Source of the DNA: the human T2T-CHM13v2.0 reference genome, Homo sapiens
Direction: 5' to 3' (one strand)
Assembly (NCBI RefSeq): GCF_009914755.1
Contig: NC_060928.1
Length of the DNA: 64,000 nucleotides
The notes beneath the pieces are model-generated. The model did not search any database, had not been told where the DNA came from, and saw only the letters and a program-made list of their open reading frames with translations. Positions 45,801 through 62,600 of this stretch are shown here, piece by piece. Made by a program: the position numbers and the translations under genes. Numbering within the stretch: position 1 is the stretch's first letter; every line of letters starts with the position of its first letter.

Positions 45801-48800
45801 AATAAAAAGTTTTGGTAATTCGATATTTTATGTACAGTGTATCGTTTGAGTACTTTGATATTTTATGTACACTTTATTATAAATGTTTGGGTAATTTCAT
45901 ATTTTATGTACAGTATATAATACATACTTTGGTCTCTTTGATGTTTTATGTACAGTATATAATACATACTTTGGGTTCTTTGATATTTTATGTGCAGAAT
46001 ATAATGCATAGTTTTAGGTACTTTTATATTTTATGTACAGTATATAATACATACTTTGGGTACTTTGATATTTTATGTACAGTATATAATACATACTTTG
46101 GGTACTTTGATATTTTATGTACAGTATATAATACATATTATTGGTACTTTGATATTTTATGTACAGTATACAATATATAGTTTGAGTACTTTGATATTTT
46201 ATGTCCAGTATAAAATACATAGATTTCATACTTTGATATTTTATGTACAGAATATAGTTTGAGTACTTTGATATTTTATGTACACTTTATCATAAAAGTT
46301 TGGGTACTTTCATATTTTACGTACAGTATATAATACATACTTTGGGCACTTTGATGTTTTATGTACAGTATATAATACATACTTTGGGTTCTTTGATATG
46401 TTATGTACAGCATATAGTACATAATTTGGGGACTTTTATATTTTATGTACATTATATAATACATACTTTGGGTACTTTTATATTTTATGTACGGTATATA
46501 ATACATACTTTGGGTACTTTGGTATATTATGTACAGTATATAATACATACTTTGGGTACTTTGATATATTATGTACAGTATATAATACATACTTAGGGTA
46601 CTTTGACATTTTATGTACAGTACATAATACATACTTTGGGTACTTTGATATTTTATGTACAGTATATAATACATACTTTGGGTACTTTGATATTTTATGT
46701 ACAGTATATAATACATGTTTTGGGTACTTTTACATTTTATGTACAGTATATAATATATAGTTTGGGTACTTTGATATTTTATGTACGGTATATAATACAT
46801 ACTTTGGGTACTCTGATATTTTATGTACAGTATATAATACATACTTTGGGTACTTTGATAATTTATGTACAGTATATAATACATACTTTGGGTACTTTGA
46901 TATTTAATGTACAGTATATAATACACACTTTGCGTACTTTGATATTTTATGTAAAGTATGTAATACATACTTTGGGTACTTTGATATTTTATGTACAGTA
47001 TGTAATACACGCTTTGGGTACTTTGATATTTTATGTAGAGTATGTAAAACATACTTTGGGTAGTTTGGTATTTTATGATCAGTATATAATACATATTTTG
47101 GGTACTTTGATATTTTATGTACAGTATATAATACATATTATTGGTACTTTGATATTTTATGTACAGTATACAATATATAGTTTGAGTACTTTGATATTTT
47201 ATGTCCAGTATAAAATACATAGATTTCATACTTTGATATTTTATGTACAGAATATAGTTTGAGTACTTTGATATTTTATGTACACTTTATCATAAAAGTT
47301 TGGGTACTTTCATATTTTACGTACAGTATATAATACATACTTTGGGCACTTTGATGTTTTATGTACAGTATATAATACATACTTTGGGTCCTTTGATATG
47401 TTATGTACAGCATATAGTACATAATTTGGGGACTTTTATATTTTATGTACATTATATAATACATACTTTGGGTACTTTTATATTTTATGTACGGTATATA
47501 ATACATACTTTGGGTACTTTGATATATTATGTACAGTATATAATACATACTTTGGGTACTTTGATATATTATGTACAGTATATAATACATACTTAGGGTA
47601 CTTTGACATTTTATGTACAGTACATAATACATACTTTGGGTACTTTGATATTTTATGTACAGTATATAATACATACTTTGGGTACTTTGATATTTTATGT
47701 ACAGTATATAATACATGTTTTGGGTACTTTTACATTTTATGTACAGTATATAATATATAGTTTGGGTACTTTGATATTTTATGTACGGTATATAATACAT
47801 ACTTTGGGTACTTTGATATTTTATGTACAGTATATAATACATACTTTGGGTACTTTGATATTTTATGTACAGTATATAATACATACTTTGGGTACTTTGA
47901 TATTTAATGTACAGTATATAATACACACTTTGCGTACTTTGATATTTTATGTAAAGTATGTAATACATACTTTGGGTACTTTGATATTTTATGTACAGTA
48001 TGTAATACACGCTTTGGGTACTTTGATATTTTATGTAGAGTATGTAAAACATACTTTGGGTAGTTTGGTATTTTATGATCAGTATATAATACATATTTTG
48101 GGTACTTTGATATTTTATGTACAGTATATAATACCTACTTTGGGTACTTTGATATTTTATGTACAGTATATAATGCATAATTTGGGTACTTCAATAGTAT
48201 ATGCACAGTATATAATACATACTTTGGGTAATTTGATATTTTATGTACAGTATATAATGCATACTTTGGGTACTTTGATAGTTTATGTACAGTATACAAT
48301 ACATACTTTAGGTACTTTGATATTTTATGTACAGTATATAATATGTAGTTTGGGTACTTTGATATTTTAACTACAGTATATAATACATACTTTGGGTACT
48401 TTGATATTTTATCTACAGTATATAATAGATACTTTGGGTACTTTGATATATTATGTACAGTATATAATACATAGTTTGGTTACTTTGATATTTTTTGTAC
48501 AGTATGTAAAACATACTTTGGGGAGTTTGATATTTTATGAACAGTATATAATACACATTTTGGGTACTTTGATATTTTATGTACGGTATATAATACATAC
48601 TTTGTGTACTTTGATATTTTATGTACAGTATATAATTCATACTTTGGGTACTTTGATATTTTATGTACAGTATATAATACATACTTTGGGTACTTTGATA
48701 TTTTATGAACAGTATATAATACATACTTTGGGTACTTTGATATTTTATGTACTGTATATAATACATACTTTGGGTACTTTTATATTTTATGTACAGTATA

Positions 48801-51800
48801 TAATATATAGTTTGGGTACTTTGATATTTTATGTACGGTATATAATACATACTTTGGGTACTTTGATATTTTATGTATAGTATATAATACATACTAAGCG
48901 CACTTTGATATTTTATGTACAGTATATAATACATACTTTGGTTACTCTGATATTTTATGTACAGTGTATAATACATACTTTGGGTACTTTGATATTTTAT
49001 GTATAGTATATAGTTTGAGTACTTTGATATTTTATGTACAGTTTTTTATAAATATTTGGGTGCTTTCATATTTTATGTACAGTATATAATACATACTAAG
49101 CGCACTTTGATATTTTATGTACAGTATATAATACATACTTTGGTTACTCTGATATTTTATGTACAGTGTATAATACATACTTTGGGTACTTTGATATTTT
49201 ATGTACAATATATAATACATACGTTGGGAACTTTGATATATTATGTACATTATAAAATTCATACTTTGGGTACTTTGATATTTTATGTACAGTATATAAT
49301 ACATACTTTGTGTACTTTGATATTTTATGTACAGTATATAATACATACTTTGGGTACTTTGATATTTTATATACAGTATATAATACATACTTTGGGTACT
49401 TTCATATTTTATGTACAGTATATAATATATAGTTTGGGTACTTTGATATTTTATCTACAGCTTATAATACATACTTTGGGTACTTTGATATTTTATATAC
49501 AGTATATAATACATACTTTGGGTAGTTTGATATTTTATGTACAGTATACAATATATAGTTTGAGTACTTTGATATTTTATGTGCAGTATAAAATATATAG
49601 TTTTGGTACTTTGATATTTTATGTACAGTTTATAGTTTGAGTACTTTGATATTTTATGTACAGTTTATTATAAATGTTTGGGTACTTTCATATTTGATGT
49701 ACAGTATTTAATACATAATTTGGGCACTTTGATATTTTATGTACAGTATATAATACATACTTTGGGTACTTTTCTATTTTATGCACAGTATATAATACAT
49801 ACTTTGTTTACTTTGATATTTAATGTACAGTATATAATACACAGTTTGCGTACTTTGATATTTTATGTAAAGCATGTAATACATAATTTGGGCAGTTTGA
49901 TATTTTATGTACAGTATGTAATACACACTTTGGATACTTTGATATTTTATGTACAGTATGTAAAACATACTTTGGGTAGTTTGATATATTATGTACAGTA
50001 TATAATGCATACTTTGGGTACTCTGATATTTTATGTACAGTGTATAATACGTACTTTGGGTACTTTGATATTTTATGTACAGTATATAATACATACATTG
50101 GGTACTTTGATATATTATGTACAGTATATAATACTTACTTGGGGTACTTTGATATTTTATGTACAGTATATAATACATACTTTGTGTACTTTGATATTTT
50201 ATGTACAGTATATAATACATACTTTGGGTACTTTGATATTTTATGTACAGTATATAATACATACTTTGGGTATCTTGATATTTTATGTACAGCATATAAT
50301 GCATACTTTGGGTACTTTGATATTTTATGTACAGTATATAATGCATACTTTGAGTACTTTGATATTTTATGTACAGTATGTAATACATACTTTGGGTACT
50401 TTGATATTTTATGTATAGTATATAATACATACTTTGTGTAGTTTGATATTTTATGTACAGTATACAATATATAGTTTGAGTACTTTGATATTTTATGTCC
50501 AGTATAAAATGTATAGTTTTCCTAATTGATATTTTATGTACAGAATGTAGTTTGAGTACTTTGATATTTTATGTACACTTTATTATAAATGTTTGGGTAC
50601 TTTCATATTTTATGTACAGTATATAATACATACTTTGGTCTCTTTGATGTTTTATGTACAGTATATAATACATACTTTGGGTTCTTTGATATTTTATGTG
50701 CAGAATATAATGCATAGTTTTAGGTACTTTTATATTTTATGTACAGTATATAATACATACTTTGGGTACTTTGATATTTTATGTACAGTATATAATACAT
50801 ACTTTGGGAACTTTGATATTTTATGTACAGTATGTAATACATACTTTGGGTACTTTGATATTTTATGTACAGTATACAATATATAGTTTGAGTACTTTGA
50901 TATTTTATGTCCAGTATAAAATACATAGATTTCATACTTTGATATTTTATGTACAGAATATAGTTTGAGTACTTTGATATTTTATGTACACTTTATCATA
51001 AAAGTTTGGGTACTTTCATATTTTACGTACAGTATATAATACATACTTTGGGCACTTTGATGTTTTATGTACAGTATATAATACATACTTTGGGTTCTTT
51101 GATATGTTATGTACAGCATATAATACATAATTTGGGGACTTTTATATTTTATGTACATTATATAATACATACTTTGGGTACTTTTATATTTTATGTACGG
51201 TATATAATACATACTTTGGGTACTTTGATATATTATGTACAGTATATAATACATACTTTGGGTACTTTGATATATTATGTACAGTATATAATACATACTT
51301 AGGGTACTTTGACATTTTATGTACAGTACATAATACATACCTTGGGTACTTTGATATTTTATGTACAGTATATAATACATACTTTGGGTACTTTGATATT
51401 TTATGTACAGTATATAATACATGTTTTGGGTACTTTTATATTTTATGTACAGTATATAATATATAGTTTGGGTACTTTGATATTTTATGTACGGTATATA
51501 ATACATACTTTGGGTACTTTGATATTTTATGTTCAGTATATAATACATACTTTGGGTACTTTGATATTTTATGTACAGTATATAATACATACTTTGGGTA
51601 CTTTGATATTTAATGTACAGTATATAATACACACTTTGCGTACTTTGATATTTTATGTAAAGTATGTAATACATACTTTGGGTACTTTGATATTTTATGT
51701 ACAGTATGTAATACACGCTTTGGGTACTTTGATATTTTATGTAGAGTATGTAAAACATACTTTGGGTAGTTTGGTATTTTATGATCAGTATATAATACAT

Positions 51801-53690
51801 ATTTTGGGTACTTTGATATTTTATGTACAGTATATAATACATACTTTGGGTACTTTGATATTTTATGTACAGTATATAATGCATAATTTGGGTACTTCAA
51901 TAGTTTATGCACAGTATATAATACATACTTTGGGTAATTTGATATTTTATGTACAGTATATAATGCATACTTTGGGTACTTTGATAGTTTATGTACAGTA
52001 TACAATACATACTTTGGGTACTTTGATATTTTATGTACAGTATATAATATGTAGTTTGGGTACTTTGATATTTTAACTACAGTATATAATACATACTTTG
52101 GGTACTTGGATATTTTATCTACAGTATATAATAGATACTTTGGGTACTTTGATATATTATGTACAGTATATAATACATAGTTTGGTTACTTTGATATTTT
52201 TTGTACAGTATGTAAAACATAGTTTGGGGAGTTTGATATTTTATGAACAGTATATAATACACATTTTGGGTACTTTGATATTTTATGTACGGTATATAAT
52301 ACATACTTTGGGTACTTTGATATTTTATGTACAGTATATAATTCATACTTTGGGTACTTTGATATTTTATGTACAGTATATAATACATACATTGGGTACT
52401 TCGATATTTTATGTGCAGTACCCTATATATAGTTTGGGTACTTTGATATTTTATGTCCAGTATAAAATAAATAGTTTTGGTACTTTGATATTTTATATAC
52501 AGTATATAGTTTGAGTACTTTGATATTTAATGTTCAGTTTATTATAAATGTTTGGGTGCTTTCATATTTTATATACAGTATATAATACATACTTTGGGCA
52601 CTTTGATATTTTCTGTACAGTATATAATACATACTTTGGGTACTTTGATATTTTATGTACGGTATATAATACATACATTGGGTACTTTGATATTTTATGT
52701 ACAGTATATAATATATAGTTTGGTTACTTTGATATTTTATATATAGTATATAATATATATTATGTGTACTTTGATATATTATGTACAGTATATAATATAT
52801 AGTATGGGTTGTTTGATATTTTATGTACAGTATATAATATATAGTTTGGGTAGTTTGATATTTTTAGTACAGTATGTAATATATAGTTTGTTTTATTTGA
52901 TATTTTATGTACAGTATACAATATATAGTATTGGTACTTTGATATTTCATGTAAAGTATATAGTTTGAGTACTTTGATATTTTATATGCAGTTTATTATA
53001 AATGTTTGGGTACCTTCATATTTTATGTACAGTATATAATACATACTTTGGGAACTTTTATTTTATGTGCAGTATATAATACATACTTTGGGTACTTTGA
53101 TATTTCATGTACAGTATATAATACACACTTTGGGTACTTTGATATTTTATGTACAGTATATAATACACACTTTGGGTACTTTGATATTTTATGTACAGTA
53201 TATAATACATACTTTGGGTACTTTGATGTATTATGTACAGTATATAATACATACTTTGGGTACTTTGATATTTTATGTACAGTATATAATACATACTTTG
53301 GGTACTTTGATATTTTATGTACAGTATGTAATACACACTTTGGGTACTTTGATATTTTATGTACAGTATGTAAAACATACTTTGGGTAGTTTGATATATT
53401 ATGTACAGTATATAATACATACTTTGGGTACTCTGATATTTTATGTACAGTGTATAATACATACTTTGGGTACTTTGATATTTTATGTACAGTATATAAT
53501 ACATACTTTGGGTACTTTGATATTTTATGTACAGTATATAATACTTACTTGGGGTATCTTGATATTTTATGTACAGTATATAATGCATACTTTGGGTACT
53601 TTGATATTTTATGTACAGTATATAATGCATACTTTGAGTACTTTGATATTTTATGTACAGTATGTAATACATACTTTGGGTACTTTGATA
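36860..53690 (+). repeat. 9440-bp tandem periodicity (1000+3706+4734), about 1.8 copies
   Basis: ORF pairs 36836/46276, 39616/49056, 41566/51006 and 43566/53006 are offset by 9440. The match ends near 53700, where an 871 block replaces the 1166 block. Confidence 0.85.
41566..46299 (+). repeat. 4734-bp higher-order unit (1546+454+1166+743+412+413), one monomer shorter than the 4776 unit; second copy at 54290-59023
   Basis: Block spacings; both copies share the ATATAATATGGGT variant (ORFs 45109 and 57833, IYNMG). Confidence 0.88.
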
Positions 53691-56600
53691 TTTTATGTAT
53701 AGTATATAATACATACTTTGTGTAGTTTGATATTTTATGTACAGTATACAATATATAGTTTGAGTACTTTGATATTTTATGTCCAGTATGAAATATATAG
53801 TTTTCCTAATTGATATTTTATGTACAGAATATAGTTTGAGTACTTTGATATTTTATGTACACTTTATTATAAATGTTTGGGTAATTTCATATTTTATGTA
53901 CAGTATATAATACATACTTTGGTCTCTTTGATGTTTTATGTACAGTATATAATACATACTTTGGGTTCTTTGATATTTTATGTGCAGAATATAATGCATA
54001 GTTTTAGGTACTTTTATATTTTATGTACAGTATATAATACATACTTTGGGTACTTTGATATTTTATGTACAGTATATAATACATACTTTGGGTACTTTGA
54101 TATTTTATGTACAGTATATAATACATATTATTGGTACTTTGATATTTTATGTACAGTATACAATATATAGTTTGAGTACTTTGATATTTTATGTCCAGTA
54201 TAAAATACATAGATTTCATACTTTGATATTTTATGTACAGAATATAGTTTCAGTACTTTGATATTTTATGTACACTTTATCATAAAAGTTTGGGTACTTT
54301 CATATTTTACGTACAGTATATAATACATACTTTGGTCACTTTGATGTTTTATGTACAGTATATAATACATACTTTGGGTTCTTTGATATGTTATGTACAG
54401 CATATAGTACATAATTTGGGGACTTTTGTATTTTATGTACATTATATAATACATACTTTGGGTACTTTTATATTTTATGTACGGTATATAATACATACTT
54501 TGGGTACTTTGATATATTATGTACAGTATATAATACATACTTTGGGTACTTTGATATATTATGTACAGTATATAATACATACTTAGGGTACTTTGACATT
54601 TTATGTACAGTACATAATACATGCTTTGGGTACTTTGATATTTTATGTACAGTATATAATACATACTTTGGGTACTTTGATATTTTATGTACAGTATATA
54701 ATACATGTTTTGGGTACTTTTACATTTTATGTACAGTATATAATATATAGTTTGGGTACTTTGATATTTTATGTACGGTATATAATACATACTTTGGGTA
54801 CTTTGATATTTTATGTACAGTATATAATACATACTTTGGGTACTTTGATAATTTATGTACAGCATATAATACATACTTTGGGTACTTTGATATTTAATGT
54901 ACAGTATATAATACACACTTTGCGTACTTTGATATTTTATGTAAAGTATGTAATACATACTTTGGGTAGTTTGATATTTTATGTACAGTATGTAATACAC
55001 GCTTTGGGTACTTTGATATTTTATGTAGAGTATGTAAAACATACTTTGGGAAGTTTGGTATTTTATGATCAGTATATAATACATATTTTGGGTACTTTGA
55101 TATTTTATGTACAGTATATAATACATACTTTGGGTACTTTGATATTTTATGTACAGTATATAATGCATAATTTGGGTACTTCAATAGTTTATGCACAGTA
55201 TATAATACATACTTTGGGTAATTTGATATTTTATGTACAGTATATAATGCATACTTTGGGTACTTTGATAGTTTATGTACAGTATACAATACATACTTTG
55301 GGTACTTTGATATTTTATGTACAGTATATAATATGTAGTTTGGGTACTTTGATATTTTAACTACAGTATATAATACATACTTTGGGTACTTTGATATTTT
55401 ATCTACAGTATATAATAGATACTTTGGGTACTTTGATATATTATGTACAGTATATAATACATAGTTTGGTTACTTTGATATTTTTTGTACAGTATGTAAA
55501 ACATACTTTGGGGAGTTTGATATTTTATGAACAGTATATAATACACATTTTGGGTACTTTGATATTTTATGTACGGTATATAATACATACTTTGGGTACT
55601 TTGATATTTTATGTACAGTATATAGTTCATACTTTGGGTACTTTGATATTTTATGTACAGTATATAATACATACATTGGGTACTTCGATATTTTATGTGC
55701 AGTACCCTATATATAGTTTGGGTACTTTGATATATTATGTCCAGTATAAAATAAATAGTTTTGGTACTTTGATATTTTATGTACAGTATATAGTTTGAGT
55801 ACTTTGATATTTAATGTTCAGTTTATTATAAATGTTTGGGTGCTTTCATATTTTATATACAGTATATAATACATACTTTGGGCACTTTGATATTTTCTGT
55901 ACAGTATATAATACATACTTTGGGTACTTTGATATTTTATGTATGGTATATAATACATACATTGGGTACTTTGATATTTTATGTACAGTATATAATATAT
56001 AGTTTGGTTACTTTGATATTTTATATACAGTATATAATATATATTATGTGTACTTTGATATATTATGTACAGTATATAATATATAGTATGGGTTGTTTGA
56101 TATTTTATGTACAGTATATAATATATAGTTTGGGTAGTTTGATATTTTTAGTACAGTATGTAATATATAGTTTGTTTTATTTGGTATTTTATGTACAGTA
56201 TACAATATATAGTATTGGTACTTTGATATTTCATGTAAAGTATATAGTTTGAGTACTTTGATATTTTATATGCAGTTTATTATAAATGTTTGGGTACCTT
56301 CATATTTTATGTACAGTATATAATACATACTTTGGGAACTTTTATTTTATGTGCAGTATATAATACATACTTTGGGTACTTTGATATTTCATGTACAGTA
56401 TATAATACACACTTTGGGTACTTTGATATTTTATGTACAGTATATAATACACACTTTGGGTAGTTTGATATTTTATGTACAGTATATAATACATACTTTG
56501 GGTACTTTGATGTATTATGTACAGTATATAATACATACTTTGGGTACTTTGATATTTTATGTACACTATATAATACATACTTTGGGTACTTTGATATTTT

Positions 56601-59600
56601 ATGTACAGTATGTAATACACACTTTGGGTACTTTGATATTTTATGTACAGTATGTAAAACATACTTTGGGTAGTTTGATATATTATGTACAGTATATAAT
56701 ACATACTTTGTGTACTCTGATATTTTATGTACAGTGTATAATACATACTTTGGGTACTTTGATATTTTATGTACAGTATATAATACATACATTGGGTACT
56801 TTGATATATTATGTACAGTATATAATACTTACTTGGGGTATCTTGATATTTTATGTACAGTATATAATGCATACTTTGGGTACTTTGATATTTTATGTAC
56901 AGTATATAATGCATACTTTGAGTACTTTGATATTTTATGTACAGTATGTAATACATACTTTGGGTACTTTGATATTTTATGTACAGTATATAATACATAC
57001 TTTGGGTACTTTGATATTTTATGTACAGTATATAATATATAGTTTGGGTACTTTGATAATTTATGTACAGTGTATAACACATACTTTGGGTACTTTGATA
57101 TTTTATGTACAGTATATAATACATACTTTGGGTACTTTGATATTTTATATACAGTATATAATACATACTTTGGGTACTTTCATATTTCATGTACAGTTTA
57201 TAATATATAGTTTGGGTACTTTGGTATATTATGTACTGTATATAATACATACTTTGGGTACTTTGATATTTTATGTACAGTATATAATACATACTTTGGG
57301 TACTTTGATATTTTATGTACAGTATACAATATATACTTTGACTACTTTGATATTTTATGTCCAGTATAGAATATATAGTTTTGGTAGTTTGATATTTTAT
57401 GTACAGTATATAGTTTGAGTACATTGATATTTTATGTACACTTTATTATAAATGTTTGGATACTTTCATATTTTATGTACAGTATTTAATACATACTTTG
57501 GGCACTTTGATATTTTATGTACAGTATACAATACATACTTTGGGTTCTTTGATATTTTATTTACAGTATATAATACATAATTTGGGTACTTTGATATTTT
57601 ATTTACAGTATATAATGCATACTTTGGGTACTTTGATGTTTTATGTACAGTATATAATACATACTTAGGGTACTTTGACATTTTATGTGCAGTACATAAT
57701 ACATACTTTGGATACTTTGTTATTTTAAATACAGTATGTAATACATATTTTGGGTACTTTGATATTTTATGTACAGTATATAATACATACTTTGGTACTT
57801 TTATATTTCATGTCCAGTATATAATATATAGTTTGAGTACTTTGATATTTTATGTACAGTATATAATACATAGTTTGGGTATTTTGATATTTTATGTACA
57901 GTATATAATACATACTTTGGGTACTTTGATATTTTATGTACAGTATATAATATATAATATGGGTACTTTGATAATTTATGTGCAGTATATAACACATACT
58001 TTCGGTAGTTGGATATTTTATGTACAGTATATAATACATACTTTGGGTACTTCGATATTTGATGTAGAGTATACTATATATAGTTTGGGTACTTTGATAT
58101 TTTATGTCGGGTACAAAATAAATAGTTTTGGTACTTAGATATTTTATGTACAGTATATAGTTTGAGTACTTTGATATTTTATGTACAGTTTATTATTAAT
58201 GGGTGCTTTCATATTTTATGTACAGTATATAATACATACTATGGGCACTTTGATATTTTATGTACAGTATATAATACATAATTTGGGTACTTTGATATTT
58301 TATATACACTACATAATACATACTTTGGGTACTTTGATATTTTATGTACAGTACATAATATATAGTTTGGGTACTTTGATATTGTATGTGCAGTATATAA
58401 CACATACTTTCGGTACTTGGATATTTTATGTACAGTATATAATACATAATTTGGGTACTTCCATATTTTATGTACAGTATGCTATATATACTTTGGGTAC
58501 TTTGATATTTTATGTCCAGTATAAAATAAAAAGTTTTGGTAATTCGATATTTTATGTACAGTGTATCGTTTGAGTACTTTGATATTTTATGTACACTTTA
58601 TTATAAATGTTTGGGTAATTTCATATTTTATGTACAGTATATAATACATACTTTGGTCTCTTTGATGTTTTATGTACAGTATATAATACATACTTTGGGT
58701 TCTTTGATATTTTATGTGCAGAATATAATGCATAGTTTTAGGTACTTTTATATTTTATGTACAGTATATAATACATACTTTGGGTACTTTGATATTTTAT
58801 GTACAGTATATAATACATACTTTGGGTACTTTGATATTTTATGTACAGTATATAATACATATTATTGGTACTTTGATATTTTATGTACAGTATACAATAT
58901 ATAGTTTGAGTACTTTGATATTTTATGTCCAGTATAAAATACATAGATTTCATACTTTGATATTTTATGTACAGAATATAGTTTGAGTACTTTGATATTT
59001 TATGTACACTTTATCATAAAAGTTTGGGTACTTTCATATTTTACGTACAGTATATAATACATACTTTGGGCACTTTGATGTTTTATGTACAGTATATAAT
59101 ACATACTTTGGGTTCTTTGATATGTTATGTACAGCATATAGTACATAATTTGGGGACTTTTATATTTTATGTACATTATATAATACATACTTTGGGTACT
59201 TTTATATTTTATGTACGGTATATAATACATACTTTGGGTACTTTGGTATATTATGTACAGTATATAATACATACTTTGGGTACTTTGATATATTATGTAC
59301 AGTATATAATACATACTTAGGGTACTTTGACATTTTATGTACAGTACATAATACATACTTTGGGTACTTTGATATTTTATGTACAGTATATAATACATAC
59401 TTTGGGTACTTTGATATTTTATGTACAGTATATAATACATGTTTTGGGTACTTTTACATTTTATGTACAGTATATAATATATAGTTTGGGTACTTTGATA
59501 TTTTATGTACGGTATATAATACATACTTTGGGTACTTTGATATTTTATGTACAGTATATAATACATACTTTGGGTACTTTGATAATTTATGTACAGTATA

Positions 59601-62600
59601 TAATACATACTTTGGGTACTTTGATATTTAATGTACAGTATATAATACACACTTTGCGTACTTTGTTATTTTATGTAAAGTATGTAATACATACTTTGGG
59701 TACTTTGATATTTTATGTACAGTATGTAATACACGCTTTGGGTACTTTGATATTTTATGTAGAGTATGTAAAACATACATTGGGTAGTTTGTTATTTTAT
59801 GATCAGTATATAATACATATTTTGGGTACTTTGATATTTTATGTACAGTATATAATACATACTTTGGGTACTTTGATATTTTATGTACAGTATATAATGC
59901 ATAATTTGGGTACTTCAATAGTTTATGCACAGTATATAATACATACTTTGGGTAATTTGATATTTTATGTACAGTATATAATGCATACTTTGGGTACTTT
60001 GATACTTTATGTACAGTATACAATACATACTTTGGGTACTTTGATATTTTATGTACAGTATATAATATGTAGTTTGGGTACTTTGATATTTTAACTACAG
60101 TATATAATACATACTTTGGGTACTTTGATATTTTATCTATAGTATATAATAGATACTTTGGGTACTTTGATATATTATGTACAGTATATAATACATAGTT
60201 TGGTTACTTTGATATTGTTTGTACAGTATGTAAAACATACTTTGGGGAGTTTGATATTTTATGAACAGTATATAATACACATTTTGGGTACTTTGATATT
60301 TTATGTACGGTATATAATACATACTTTGGGTACTTTGATATTTTATGTACAGTATATAGTTCATACTTTGGGTACTTTGATATTTTATGTACAGTATATA
60401 ATACATACATTGGGTACTTCGATATTTTATGTGCAGTACCCTATATATAGTTTGGGTACTTTGATATTTTATGTCCAGTATAAAATAAATAGTTTTGGTA
60501 CTTTGATATTTTATGTACAGTATATAGTTTGAGTACTTTGATATTTAATGTTCAGTTTATTATAAATGTTTTGGTGCTTTCATATTTTATATACAGTATA
60601 TAATACATACTTTGGGCACTTTGATATTTTCTGTACAGTATATAATACATACTTTGTGTACTTTGATATTTTATGTACGGTATATAATACATACATTGGG
60701 TACTTTGATATTTTATGTAAAGTATATAATATATAGTTTGGTTACTTTGATATTTTATATACAGTATATAATATATATTATGTGTACTTTGATATATTAT
60801 GTACAGTATATAATATATAGTATGGGTTGTTTGATATTTTATGTACAGTATATAATATATAGTTTGGGTAGTTTGATATTTTTAGTACAGTATGTAATAT
60901 ATAGTTTGTTTTATTTGATATTTTATGTACAGTATACAATATATAGTATTGGTACTTTCATATTTCATGTAAAGTATATAGTTTGAGTACTTTGATATTT
61001 TATATGCAGTTTATTATAAATGTTTGGGTACCTTCATATTTTATGTACAGTATATAATACATACTTTGGGAACTTTTATTTTATGTGCAGTATATAATAC
61101 ATACTTTGGGTACTTTGATATTTCATGTACAGTATATAATACACACTTTGGGTACTTTGATATTTTATGTACAGTATATAATACACACTTTGGGTAGTTT
61201 GATATTTTATGTACAGTATATAATACATACTTTGGGTACTTTGATGTATTATGTACAGTATATAATACATACTTTGGGTACTTTGATATTTTATATACAG
61301 TATATAATACATACTTTGGGTACTTTGATATTTTATGTACAGTATGTAATACATAATTTGGGTACTTTAATATTTTATGTATAGTATATAATACTTACTT
61401 TGGGTACTTTGATATTTTATGGACAGTGTATAATACATACTTTGGGTTCTTTGATATTTTATTTACAGTATATAACATATAGTTTGGGTACTTTGATATT
61501 TTATATACAGTATATAATACATACTTTGGGTACTTTGATATTTTATGTACAGTATATAATACATACTTTGGGTACTTTGATATTTCATGCACAGTATACA
61601 ATATATAGTTTGAGTACTTTGATATTTTATGTACTGTATAAAATATATAGTTTTCGTACTTTGATATTTTATGTACAGTATATAGTTTGAGTACTTTGAT
61701 ATTTTATGTACAGTTTGTTATAAATATTTGGGTGCTTTCATATTTTATGTACAGTATATAATACATACTTTGGGCACTTTGATATCTTATGTACAGTATA
61801 TAATACATACTTTGGGTTCTCTGATATTTTCTGTACAGTGTATAATACATAATTTGGGTACTTTGATATTTTATGTACAGCATATAATACATACGTTGGG
61901 TACTTTGATATATTATGTACAGTATATAATACATACTTTGGGTACTTTGATATTTTATGTACAGTATATAATCCATAGTTTGTGTACTTTTATATTTTAT
62001 GTACAGTATATAATACATACTTTGGGTACTTTGATATTTTATGTACAGTATATAATACATACTTTGGGTACTTTCATGTTTTATGTACAGTATATAATAT
62101 ATAGTTTGGGTACTTTGATATTTTATCTACAGCTTATAATACTTACTTTGGGTAATTTGATATTTTATGTACAGTATATAATACATACTTTGGGTAGTTT
62201 GATATTTTATGTACAGTATACAATATATAGTTTGAGTACTTTGATATTTTATGTGCAGTATAAAATATATAGTGTTGGTATTTTGATGTTTTATGTACAG
62301 TATATATTTTGAGTACTTTGATATTTTGTGTACAGTTTATTATAAATGTTTGGGTACTTTCATATTTGATGTACAGTATATAATACATAATTTGGGCACT
62401 TTGATATTTTATGTACAGTATATAATACATACTTGGGGTACTTTTATATTTTATGTACAGTATATAATACATACTCTGGGCACTTTGATATTTAATGTAC
62501 AGTATATAATACACACTTTGCGTACTTTGATATTTTATGTAACGTATGTAATACATACTTTGGGTAGTTTGATATCTTATGTACAGTATGTAGTACACAC